From NCBI GenBank assembly GCA_002707205.1, contig PAMH01000013.1, positions 1 through 62,748 on the forward strand: a DNA stretch of 62,748 nucleotides. The letters run 5' to 3'. The DNA is from Legionellales bacterium. Its GTDB lineage: Bacteria; Pseudomonadota; Gammaproteobacteria; UBA1113. Positions 20,389-29,447 of the stretch are shown piece after piece. The position numbers were made by a program, and so were the translations under genes. Under the pieces are notes generated by a model, which searched no databases, was not told where the DNA came from, and saw only the letters and a program-made list of their open reading frames with translations. Position 1 is the first letter of the stretch. Each line of letters begins with the position of its first letter.

Positions 20389-20838
20389 TTACTCTGCTGC
20401 AACTTGTACTTTTACTTCCGTTTCGATATCAGTGAATAATTCAACCATAAAAGCATATTCACCCACTTGGCGAATAGGTCCTTCTGGCATATGTATTTCA
20501 CTTTTACAAATTTCAATACCAGCTGCGTCAGTAATCGCTTTTGCAAGCTCGGTAACACCAATCGAACCGTATAATTTACCTTCATCTGCTGCGCGCGCAA
20601 CAATATCAACGACTAAGCCTTCAACTTTTGCTAGACGCGCATTTGCTGCATCAATTTTTGCTTTTGCAGCCTTTTCCAGTTCTGCGCGACGCGCTTCGAA
20701 TTGGGCGAGATTTGCTTTAGTTGCAGGTAGCGCCTTTTGATATGGCACTAAATAATTTCGACCATAACCTGGGCTAACTTTAACTTTATCACCCAAGTCG
20801 CCTAGTTTACGTATTCTTTCTAATAAAATGACTTCCAT
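20389..20838 (-). CDS. rplI: 50S ribosomal protein L9
   Basis: MEVILLERIRKLGDLGDKVKVSPGYGRNYLVP is a canonical L9 N-terminus. Confidence 0.95.
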   Translation of the reverse strand: MEVILLERIRKLGDLGDKVKVSPGYGRNYLVPYQKALPATKANLAQFEARRAELEKAAKAKIDAANARLAKVEGLVVDIVARAADEGKLYGSIGVTELAKAITDAAGIEICKSEIHMPEGPIRQVGEYAFMVELFTDIETEVKVQVAAE

Positions 20839-20906
20839 CATAGACCTCGTTTTTAAAAAATAACAAAATTTCTCGTTAAAAATGGTTAAAAGTAATTCAT
20901 TAAGAA

Positions 20907-21140
20907 CTAGTTACCATGCCCGTCAGTGTAAGGCAATAAAGCGAGAACTCTTGCTTTTTTAATTGCAGCAGACAACATACGCTGGTATTTTGCTGATACA
21001 CCGGTAATACGCGAAGGCACAATTGCACCTGTTTCTGTAATATACTTTCGTAATGTTGCTAAATCTTTGTAATCAATTTCTGTTACATTTTTGCTTGCAA
21101 ATGGACATCTTTTGCCCCCTCTGCGTGTAAAATTAGCCAT
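20907..21140 (-). CDS. rpsR: 30S ribosomal protein S18
   Basis: [33 protein letters not shown] matches S18. The start MANFTRR at 21140 was preferred over the ORF-track extension. Confidence 0.95.
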   Translation of the reverse strand: MANFTRRGGKRCPFASKNVTEIDYKDLATLRKYITETGAIVPSRITGVSAKYQRMLSAAIKKARVLALLPYTDGHGN

Positions 21141-21160
21141 AAAAACCTCCAAATTCCTAA

Positions 21161-21514
21161 TTATTCGCCACTGTCGTTACGATGCTTTTCTTTGCTTTTC
21201 ATCATAGGCGATGATGTTTCTTGTGCAACTGCATGATTTTTACGCTCAACCAAATGACGAATAATTGCATCATTTAATCGAAAAGCGCTAACTAATTCAT
21301 CTACAGTTTCTTGATCACAAGTGACATTCATTAGTACATAATGTGCTTTGTGAATTTTATCGATAGGATAAGCTAATTGACGTCGTCCCCAATCTTCCAA
21401 ACGGCTGATATCACCTTTATTATTTGAAATCAAAGACTTGTAGCGATCGATCATCGCAGGGACTTGTTCACTTTGATCAGGGTGAACTAAAAAAACAATT
21501 TCGTAGTGTCTCAT
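21161..21514 (-). CDS. rpsF: 30S ribosomal protein S6
   Basis: [18 protein letters not shown] is a canonical S6 N-terminus and follows AAGGAG. The ORF-track extension to 21586 was rejected. Confidence 0.95.
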   Translation of the reverse strand: MRHYEIVFLVHPDQSEQVPAMIDRYKSLISNNKGDISRLEDWGRRQLAYPIDKIHKAHYVLMNVTCDQETVDELVSAFRLNDAIIRHLVERKNHAVAQETSSPMMKSKEKHRNDSGE

Positions 21515-21685
21515 AAAACGACTCCTTACGGTTAAACATATTGAGATGTTAATTAAACACCCCACGCTAGCCTCATAAAAAGGCAAGGAGAACCATGGCT
21601 GAATTAAATCAATGCTGTTAATAAAAATATAACCTGCATAGAAAAAACACAGCCCGCACTTTTGCTTTCTACAAAAGCGCTTGCC

Positions 21686-21713
21686 ATAGTATCAAATTTT
21701 AGACAAATTGCAA
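21686..21713 (-). promoter_or_regulatory. Candidate sigma70 promoter of the rpsF operon (TTGCAA-16 nt-TACTAT on the minus strand)
   Basis: The hexamers were read directly from the sequence. They lie about 170 nt upstream of the rpsF start, which leaves room for a leader. Confidence 0.3.
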
Positions 21714-21774
21714 ATCCTATAGCACTTAAATGCGCATTCAGACAATAGCGGCAATAAAAACATAGGCGTTATTA

Positions 21775-23169
21775 TTATTTTGCAAAATTTTTCGAAGTTT
21801 GAACCCTAGTAGTGGTTAGAAAGCTCATGTGCATGCAACACGCATCGTAGATCTTTTTAAATTTCTCTTCTTGAAACGCATCACCATCTATACCAGCCAT
21901 GTTTATTTCTCTGTGTTCTTGAATAGCTTGACGTAATTCCTTGGCCGCGCTGACGAAGTTATTAGCTTTTCTCGTTACAGTTGGAGAATCAAACATAGAT
22001 ATTCGCGCACGTGCTGACTGTGGCTTTTCCTCAATATAAGCATCTAACTCATTAATAACTGACGCTATTTTTACAAAATTTGAAAATTTTTCACTAATCT
22101 CCTGAAAAGTGGGGCGCTCCGCTGGAGTTTTGTGAATCATTTGCTTTAAAAAAGCTTTTAAATCATTTTTTAGAACTTTAGCTACAGGATTTACTGTATC
22201 AATATCTACAACACCAGTAAAATCAATGAACCTGGGATAACTATCAACTCTGTTATTTATAACGTAACAATACCAGTTAAGGGCGCTGGGACTCAATAAT
22301 AATAACGCAACAATGCTTAAAGCATAAACTTCGGTTTTTTCATTATAATTGAATTGCCTATTTTGAAAGGGGAAGAATTCCGGTGCCATATATCCAAAAG
22401 AACCGAAAAGAGCACTGTCAACATAATCACTCTCCTCACGACTTACAGCATAACCATTGTCAATTATTTTGGCCGATTTTTCTTTATTTGTACTATCTAA
22501 GCATATAATATTATCTAGTTTTATATCTCTATGCAAAAGTGCTTTTTCTTGATATAGCATCAACTCTTTCGCTGCACTTGCAATAATCTCTAACTTTTCT
22601 TGAAAAGAAAGTTTTTTCGTCTTATCTTCTTCTGCAAGACAATCAAGTAAATCTTTGCCTTGATAATAAGTTTGTTGAGTCACAACATGTTCTATGTCTT
22701 TTGCCAAATAGGTATGATATTGTTCTCGTCCAACGCCGAGTATTTTATTAGCTTTAACCTCACCTTTAACACCTTCTATTGTTAACTTAGCACCAAAATT
22801 TTTCGTTTTGAATGTAGACAATATTTCATCTTTTAATACTTTGATTTTCTCTGGGTGTTTACGTTCTTCAAGCATTAGCAAATGTTGTTTATTATCTTTT
22901 TGATAATAAACAACATATTTTTCATTATCCCTCGTACAACGAATCTTGGTAACATCGCTACTAAATAAATCCTTACTTTTTAGTGGGTAATAAGATCCTC
23001 GTTTAATCTTACCATCATTAAACGATTGTTCATTTTTAGGCGGTTGAAATTGATAGCGATTCCCGTGTTCATCAAAAATAGGTTGATACAATGACGGTGA
23101 CTGAGTCTTTTTTAAATAAGTATTTAATAAAAAAATTTTACTATCAGTATTTGTATTTATATTTGGCAT
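21775..23169 (-). CDS. Eukaryotic-like (Hanks-type) Ser/Thr protein kinase, effector-like
   Basis: It has the catalytic loop LHRDIKLDNII, a DFG-equivalent reading IIDNGYA, and the activation/APE segment GSFGYMAPEF. The N-lobe is divergent and there is a C-terminal extension of about 110 aa. Confidence 0.75.
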   Translation of the reverse strand: MPNINTNTDSKIFLLNTYLKKTQSPSLYQPIFDEHGNRYQFQPPKNEQSFNDGKIKRGSYYPLKSKDLFSSDVTKIRCTRDNEKYVVYYQKDNKQHLLMLEERKHPEKIKVLKDEILSTFKTKNFGAKLTIEGVKGEVKANKILGVGREQYHTYLAKDIEHVVTQQTYYQGKDLLDCLAEEDKTKKLSFQEKLEIIASAAKELMLYQEKALLHRDIKLDNIICLDSTNKEKSAKIIDNGYAVSREESDYVDSALFGSFGYMAPEFFPFQNRQFNYNEKTEVYALSIVALLLLSPSALNWYCYVINNRVDSYPRFIDFTGVVDIDTVNPVAKVLKNDLKAFLKQMIHKTPAERPTFQEISEKFSNFVKIASVINELDAYIEEKPQSARARISMFDSPTVTRKANNFVSAAKELRQAIQEHREINMAGIDGDAFQEEKFKKIYDACCMHMSFLTTTRVQTSKNFAK

Positions 23170-23264
23170 ATTATTTTCCTATTATTATAATAATTCTTAT
23201 AAGTTTTTATTATACAAAAATAAAACTCGCCTGCCAAATTTTCCTACAAACTGCTGTCCTAGCA

Positions 23265-24707
23265 CTATTTCAATGATTCTTCTAGCTTCATGACTAACAT
23301 TTTCTCAACCTGCATATCATGAATGCTGTACGGAATACCGCCAACACCTAAGCCTGAATGTTTTAATCCTGCAAAAGGCATACCATCCACACGAAATGCA
23401 GTATGATCATTTAACATGACCGCTGATGCCGCTAATCGTTGATACGCATACATCGCATAACTAAGATTGTTAGTAAATACAGCGGCTTGAAAAGCAAAAG
23501 GAAGTGCATTGGCACGCGTAATCGCTTCATCCAAATCTTCATAAGAATAAACACAAATCACAGGACCGAATACCTCATTTTGACTAATAGTTGCGTCATC
23601 TGGTGGATTGAATAATACCGTTGGGGCATAACAGGTCTCAGTAATTGCGCGCGTACCGCACAAAGCTTGCGCACCTTGCGCAATCGCCTCTTGTACACAT
23701 TGATCAACTCTTTGCAATTCACTTGGACGAATAAAAGGACCTACTTCCGTTTCTTTTAAGGTCGGATCACCAACTTGCAGCTCGCTGGCACTTTTTGCCA
23801 ATGCTTGAGCTAATTTTTCAGCAATTTTTTCATGCACATAAACACGCTGAACTGAGACACAAACTTGACCTGCATGATAAAAACCACCCTTAGTCAAGGC
23901 AGGAATTGTTTTTTCAAAATCTGCATCAGCTTCAACAATCACCGGCGCAACTCCACCATGTTCTAAAGCACAACGCGTACCTGGTGCTAATTGAGAACGC
24001 AACTTCCAACCAACCTTCGCGCTACCTATAAAAGAGAAAAAAGCCACTCGTGAATCTGTTACTAACGTTGTTGCTAACTCATTATCAGCGATAACCATTG
24101 CCTGACACCACTCTCGTGGCAAGCCAGCTTGATGAAAAATGTCAACAATATGCATACAAGAAAGTGGCGTATCACTTGCAGGCTTAACAATCACCGGACA
24201 TCCTGCAGCTACTGCAGATCCAACTTGATGCACAATTAGGTTAACTGGATGATTAAATGCACTAACTGCAACAACAACACCAATAGGTTCTCGTTGCGTA
24301 AATGCAATACGATTAGCACTGGCGTTATTGTAATTCATTGGAATCACATCACCTGAATCAGTCCGCAATGTTTCAATACAAATTTTAATACCGTCAATAG
24401 CACGGGTTACTTCCGCCAAGGAATCCATCAGTGGTTTACCGCCTTCATGAGCAGAGGCTAAAGCTAATTTGTCATGTTGCTCTGACATTAACACCACAAC
24501 ACGCTCTAAAATCTCAATACGTTTTGGTGTAGATAACCATTCTGATCTATTTTTATAACATTGATGGGCTGTCTTTAAAGCTTGTTGAATATGTAATTCA
24601 CTGGCACAATCAATTGTTGCAATGACACTAAGATCATATGGTGCAACCACATCCATTTTTTCTTCTGTTTTGATGTCTTTTGCTAATAACAAAGGATAAT
24701 GTTTCAT
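23265..24707 (-). CDS. NAD(P)-dependent aldehyde dehydrogenase
   Basis: ALDH motifs ALEHGGVAP (catalytic Glu region), FYHAGQVCVS (catalytic Cys) and EVFGPV are present. The product is 480 aa. Confidence 0.9.
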   Translation of the reverse strand: MKHYPLLLAKDIKTEEKMDVVAPYDLSVIATIDCASELHIQQALKTAHQCYKNRSEWLSTPKRIEILERVVVLMSEQHDKLALASAHEGGKPLMDSLAEVTRAIDGIKICIETLRTDSGDVIPMNYNNASANRIAFTQREPIGVVVAVSAFNHPVNLIVHQVGSAVAAGCPVIVKPASDTPLSCMHIVDIFHQAGLPREWCQAMVIADNELATTLVTDSRVAFFSFIGSAKVGWKLRSQLAPGTRCALEHGGVAPVIVEADADFEKTIPALTKGGFYHAGQVCVSVQRVYVHEKIAEKLAQALAKSASELQVGDPTLKETEVGPFIRPSELQRVDQCVQEAIAQGAQALCGTRAITETCYAPTVLFNPPDDATISQNEVFGPVICVYSYEDLDEAITRANALPFAFQAAVFTNNLSYAMYAYQRLAASAVMLNDHTAFRVDGMPFAGLKHSGLGVGGIPYSIHDMQVEKMLVMKLEESLK

Positions 24708-24749
24708 AAATTTACCTCAATAAAAAGATGCGATACTAATAGCAAGAAG

Positions 24750-26384
24750 CTAGCTAATACAAATCATTTGCCCCAATTCTTTTGTGAGCTTCATATTTTC
24801 AGTGTAATCTACCGGACAATCAATAATTACCACTGTATTATCTTTGATAGCTTGTTTTAAAGTTGGCACTAATTCATCTGCACTATTAATACGATATCCT
24901 TTTGCGCCAAAACTATGAGCGTATTGCACAAAGTCAGGATTAGTAAAGTCAATATGACTTGCTCGTCCAAAATGTGTTTCCTGTTTCCATCGAATCAATC
25001 CATATTCATTATCACGCCAAATCATGATAATAATAGGCGTTCCAACACGCATAGCTGTTTCAATTTCTTGCGAGTTCATTAAAAAGCCGGCATCACCTGT
25101 CACCGCAACTACCGTTCTTTGTGGATGCACTAACTTGGCACCAATAGCACCTGGCACACCAATGCCCATCGACGCAAAACCATTAGAAATGATGCAGGTA
25201 TTAGGCAAATTTGCCTGATATAACCGCGCCATCCACATCTTGTGCGCACCCACATCAGAAATAACAATATCTTCATCATTTAAAACCTGACGCAAATCCC
25301 AAACAATTTTTTGCGGCTTTACAGGGAAGCCAGTATCATTGGCATATTTTTCAGCCTGTTCAACAATTACTTTGCGTAAATTATCTGCTTGATAATTCTC
25401 ACGCACATCTACTTGCTCGACTAATGCCGTTAATGATTGCTTTATATCACCAATGACACCGCAAGCAAGAATATAATACTCATCAACTTCAGCAGGAGAC
25501 TCATCAATGTGAATAATTTTTTTATCTTTATTTTTGTGCCACAAATAAGGATGGTACTCAATCATATCAAAACCAATACAAATAATGACATCAGCTTTAT
25601 CAAAACCACATGAAACATAATCATGTGCTTGCAAACCCACTGTCCCTAAGGAGTACGGATTTGAAAAAGGAATAACACCCTTAGCCATGAAAGTATTAGC
25701 AACTGGAATTTTTAGTCTTTCTGCTAAGGCAATTAATTCGTCATGCGCCTTTGCGCGAACAACACCATTACCAGCCATGATTACTGGAAATTTAGCTTGA
25801 CGAATAATATCAATAGCCTGTTCCAACTTATGTTTAGGCGGATAAGGAGGCGTAGCGGACTGTACTTTCAATGGCAACTCATTTTCAACATCCATCTGTG
25901 CAATGTTTTCAGGTAAATCAATAAAACATGCGCCAGGCTTTTCTGTTTGTGAGACTTTAAATGCCTTACGAACAATCTCAGGAATATTTTTTGGAATCAA
26001 TACCTGCGTACTATATTTAGTGATAGGTTTGAATAACTCAACCAAATTTAAAACTTGATGACTCTCTTTATGTAACCGATTAGTACCCGCTTGACCTGCA
26101 ATAGCCACCAAAGGTGCGCGATCTAGATTTGCATCAGCCACACCAGTAACTAAGTTGGTCGCACCTGGACCTAATGTTGCCAAACACACACCTGCTTGTC
26201 CCGTCAAACGCCCATGCATATCTGCCATAAAAGCTGCGCCTTGCTCATGACGTGTTGTAATGAAGTTAATTTTACTGTCGAGCAATGCATCCATAACGTC
26301 AATATTCTCTTCTCCTGGAATACCAAACATGGTTTCAACATTTTCATTTTCTAAACATTTAACAAATAGTTCTGCTGCTTTCAT
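24750..26384 (-). CDS. Thiamine-diphosphate enzyme, catabolic acetolactate synthase (AlsS)-like
   Basis: GIPGEENIDVMDAL, RHEQGAAFMADMHGRLTG, LGPGATNLVTG and the TPP-binding motif GDAGFLMNSQEIETA are present. The product is 544 aa and no small subunit gene is adjacent. Confidence 0.85.
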   Translation of the reverse strand: MKAAELFVKCLENENVETMFGIPGEENIDVMDALLDSKINFITTRHEQGAAFMADMHGRLTGQAGVCLATLGPGATNLVTGVADANLDRAPLVAIAGQAGTNRLHKESHQVLNLVELFKPITKYSTQVLIPKNIPEIVRKAFKVSQTEKPGACFIDLPENIAQMDVENELPLKVQSATPPYPPKHKLEQAIDIIRQAKFPVIMAGNGVVRAKAHDELIALAERLKIPVANTFMAKGVIPFSNPYSLGTVGLQAHDYVSCGFDKADVIICIGFDMIEYHPYLWHKNKDKKIIHIDESPAEVDEYYILACGVIGDIKQSLTALVEQVDVRENYQADNLRKVIVEQAEKYANDTGFPVKPQKIVWDLRQVLNDEDIVISDVGAHKMWMARLYQANLPNTCIISNGFASMGIGVPGAIGAKLVHPQRTVVAVTGDAGFLMNSQEIETAMRVGTPIIIMIWRDNEYGLIRWKQETHFGRASHIDFTNPDFVQYAHSFGAKGYRINSADELVPTLKQAIKDNTVVIIDCPVDYTENMKLTKELGQMICIS

Positions 26385-26443
26385 GGTCGAGCCTCTTTCT
26401 ATAATAACTAAGGAAGTTTTAATACTTATGCGTATAAGTCTAG

Positions 26444-26463
26444 TCCACTTTTAAAAAAGTGGA
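26444..26463 (-). terminator. Hairpin (TCCACTTTT-AA-AAAAGTGGA) just downstream of the membrane-protein gene; weak terminator candidate
   Basis: A 9-bp perfect inverted repeat lies directly after the stop at 26465. It has no separate U-tract. Confidence 0.3.
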
Positions 26464-26464
26464 A

Positions 26465-27652
26465 TTATCCAGCTTGAGCACAGGCAATTAAGCCTTCACT
26501 CTTTTCAGCAGGAGATAAAATAGCATCAATTGATGATGTTGATTCTAAATTTAAATGACGCTTTAATACGGCATCTTTAAGTGATCGTTCATCTACTTCA
26601 GTATTTTTTGTTTTCTCTGTTTTTTTCACCCTATCTTGATAGCTATGGATACTATTATCAGAATGTACATTCGACAAATTTAATTTATTACCACCTTCAA
26701 TTTTTGATGTAATATTGTTTTCCTCCTTGAAATTTTCCATTGAGGGAATAAGTGCATTTTCTTTAACATAATTTTTTAATGCTTTTTTCTCATCTTTCTT
26801 TCTTCTTCTTTTTTTAATTTTGGATAAAATACCACAGCCTGTCGCGCCAGATAGCCCAACCCCAAAAAATATTAGCGAAGGAATCATTAAAACTGGCATC
26901 AAGCTTGAACATGCTGCCAACATCAAACCTGTACCTGCTACTGTCATCAATTCAAACTTAAGCATATTTTTTTTGTATTTTTCTCGCCGTGTTTTCCTAA
27001 TAATACGCACGACTTGTTTATCTTGTTTACTAGCTTTTTTGTCTAATGATAATCCAATATTTTGAGCATAATTTGAAAGAGAAATATTATCGATTGTTTT
27101 TTTTGATTGTAATAACTTCTTATTACAATTAATTATTGCTTGTGATTTATTTTTTAATCGCGTCTGCATTTTTAATAAATTATCAAATGATTTATAATCA
27201 CGTTCCGAAGAAAAAGGGCGTTGCCCAAGTTTTACAATTTGTTTATCTAACTGTTGATACTTTGTTAAATAATCGAAAAGTACATATTCATCATCAAGCT
27301 TTCTGTAAGACTTGTTTACGTTCCTAAAGGATTCTGCAATACCACATAGTGGCGCACAAAATAACATCATGGGTGTTATGATTGGTAATAAACTACTAGT
27401 AATGCCCGCAATTAAACCCATATTCGCAAAAAATTGTAAAGCTTGTATTCCTAAGCCAAAAAAACCTTTGGCCATATGAATTAAACCCCACATTGTTTTT
27501 TCTTTATTATGACGTTTATATTTTTCTGCATTTGCGATAGTGCGAATACCTGTTGCAAGATTCAAGCCACCAACAAAAATAGCTAAACCAGATATTAATG
27601 CGGCCGGGGTAGAAATATTTTCTAGTGGATGCTGCGTATTTATTACAGACAT
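26465..27652 (-). CDS. Membrane protein with two long (~45 aa) double-length hydrophobic domains and a polybasic stretch; Inc/effector-like
   Basis: The hydrophobic blocks are GFFGLGIQALQFFANMGLIAGITSSLLPIITPMMLFCAPLCGIA and LMTVAGTGLMLAACSSLMPVLMIPSLIFFGVGLSGATGCGIL. They are followed by KKRRRKKDEKK. No family was recognised. Confidence 0.55.
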   Translation of the reverse strand: MSVINTQHPLENISTPAALISGLAIFVGGLNLATGIRTIANAEKYKRHNKEKTMWGLIHMAKGFFGLGIQALQFFANMGLIAGITSSLLPIITPMMLFCAPLCGIAESFRNVNKSYRKLDDEYVLFDYLTKYQQLDKQIVKLGQRPFSSERDYKSFDNLLKMQTRLKNKSQAIINCNKKLLQSKKTIDNISLSNYAQNIGLSLDKKASKQDKQVVRIIRKTRREKYKKNMLKFELMTVAGTGLMLAACSSLMPVLMIPSLIFFGVGLSGATGCGILSKIKKRRRKKDEKKALKNYVKENALIPSMENFKEENNITSKIEGGNKLNLSNVHSDNSIHSYQDRVKKTEKTKNTEVDERSLKDAVLKRHLNLESTSSIDAILSPAEKSEGLIACAQAG

Positions 27653-27921
27653 AAAATTCTCCTGTTATTAAATTTTATTAATTATTAGCTTGAATTAAAT
27701 TTAATATCAGCGAAAGCAATTTTCTCCTAAAACTCAGACACGCTTTATTGTAAAACATATCGAAAACCAAAAGTCAAACATGAAAATTCAACGCAAAAAA
27801 TTCAACTTTCTAAATTAACTGCTATGCTTTTATAGTGAAGAAAAAATTTAAATTAAATCTTTTCTTATTAAAGTACGAGCTGTTTTTAGATAAAAAACCT
27901 ACTTATCATTAGGGGGAAAGT

Positions 27922-28107
27922 ATGTTTGAGTATGGTGGAATACTTGGCTTGATAATTCTCGCGTTGGATATCTGGGCCATTATCAGTATTCTTTCAAGTG
28001 GTCATTCTGTGGGTGGTAAAGTGTTATGGACTTTAATTGTAATACTTTTACCTGTGATTGGTTTAATTCTATGGCTACTCTTAGGTCCACGTGCGCTAAA
28101 AACCTAG
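27922..28107 (+). CDS. PLD nuclease N-terminal domain (PLDc_N) small membrane protein
   Basis: The 61-aa product has two TM segments. The motif LDIWAIISIL...KVLWTLIVILLPVIGLILWLLLGPR is typical of this family. ATG follows GGGGGAAAG. Confidence 0.65.
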   Translation: MFEYGGILGLIILALDIWAIISILSSGHSVGGKVLWTLIVILLPVIGLILWLLLGPRALKT

Positions 28108-28178
28108 TAAGAAATTTTTGCATCGCGTACATAAATTCTACGGTGCGCGATGTTTAATATTCAAAAAGGTCAATAAAA

Positions 28179-29441
28179 ATGAAATTTAAAACCTTACAAT
28201 TCTCTGAAAATCTATATTCTAGCTATTGGCTTTATCCATTAACATTCGCTTTTTTAGCTACCTTTTTATTAATAATCACACTTAGGCTAGATACAGATAT
28301 TTTAAAATTTTTACCTGGTTCAATGCCAACTTTTGATATTGATGTATTACGTAAAGTCTTAAGTTTAATTACCACATCAAGTATTTCTATAACCAGCGTG
28401 GTTTTCTCGATCACTGTACTTACTTTATCACTGGCAAGTAGCCAACTTGGTCCTAGGCTTTTACCAACTTTTATTCGTCAAGGTAAAACACAATTAGTCA
28501 TTGCCGTCTTTATTGGCATATATGTTTATTGTTTATTGCTTTTGGCCTTTTCAAGTGTTAACACTGAGAATAATTACATTGCTTCTTTTATCGTTGGTGT
28601 CTTACTCGGAATTATCTCCTTTCTAGCATTAATTTATTTCATTCATTACGTTTGTAAAGCAATTCAAATTGAAAATGTGCTCAACTATTTGAGTAATGAA
28701 ACTGTGCTCATTATGAATCGCTCGCTTCTTGATAAACCGCCTGAAGATACTACCCAAGCAATAAACTTTAATGATCTTGCTCTCGGTGATCTTTTTTCTC
28801 AATTTACCGGTTATATACAGTCTATTGATTATGACAAATTAATTGATATTGCAAAAACTTATGAGAGTCACGTTGAATTACTCATGCAGCCAGGTGATTT
28901 TTTAACACAGGGTATTGTTGTTGCGCGCTATTCCAATATGCAAGCAGATAAAGATGCGCTAGAGACAGCTATTAATCAGTGTTTTTTTGTGGGTATGAAA
29001 CGTACACCTGTACAAGATATTGAGTATGGCTTTGAGCAAATTGTTGAAATAGCCGTTAGAGCATTATCTCCAGGTATTAATAATCCATTCACAGCAATTT
29101 ACTGCATTCACCAGTTCACTTATTTATTAACAATTTTATCAACCAAATATATACCAAATGACTATACAACAACAGATAAATTTACTGTGCATTTTAAGCA
29201 ATTTAGTTATCAAAGTATTATAGAAACAGCAATTGAACAATTACGTTTTTGCGCGGTTACGTATTGCAGCGTTACTATCACATTACTGAAAATGATAAAA
29301 CAAGTTTTAAGTATTAATCATCATATTGAAATAGAATTAACACTTAAAAAACAAGCTAAAATTATCTATGAATCAGCACAACAACAAAATTTTCATCCTG
29401 CTGACTTACAGGCTATTAAAATAATATATGATCAAATTTAA
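28179..29441 (+). CDS. Membrane protein, DUF2254-like
   Basis: Four N-terminal TM helices are followed by a soluble domain of about 250 aa. The architecture and length (420 aa) fit DUF2254. The assignment is from memory only. Confidence 0.45.
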   Translation: MKFKTLQFSENLYSSYWLYPLTFAFLATFLLIITLRLDTDILKFLPGSMPTFDIDVLRKVLSLITTSSISITSVVFSITVLTLSLASSQLGPRLLPTFIRQGKTQLVIAVFIGIYVYCLLLLAFSSVNTENNYIASFIVGVLLGIISFLALIYFIHYVCKAIQIENVLNYLSNETVLIMNRSLLDKPPEDTTQAINFNDLALGDLFSQFTGYIQSIDYDKLIDIAKTYESHVELLMQPGDFLTQGIVVARYSNMQADKDALETAINQCFFVGMKRTPVQDIEYGFEQIVEIAVRALSPGINNPFTAIYCIHQFTYLLTILSTKYIPNDYTTTDKFTVHFKQFSYQSIIETAIEQLRFCAVTYCSVTITLLKMIKQVLSINHHIEIELTLKKQAKIIYESAQQQNFHPADLQAIKIIYDQI

Positions 29442-29447
29442 TCAAAC

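Noticed and set aside
21515-21586. ORF-track N-terminal extensions for rpsF (to 21586), rpsR (21152), rplI (20841), rpiA (8174), ftsE (3740), lptD (35606), the MFS transporter (39463), and the small ORFs at 46 and 624.
   Set aside because: Internal ATGs with proper Shine-Dalgarno sequences give the canonical family N-termini or signal peptides. The extensions overlap neighbouring genes or add non-homologous residues.
27690-27715. TTAAAT-T-TTAATAT, resembling a tandem PmrA-type (TTAATATT) regulatory repeat as found upstream of Dot/Icm effectors.
   Set aside because: Only one half-site is a good match. The spacing does not fit the consensus as I recall it. The orientation and distance relative to both flanking genes are poor, and AT-rich spacers generate such strings by chance.
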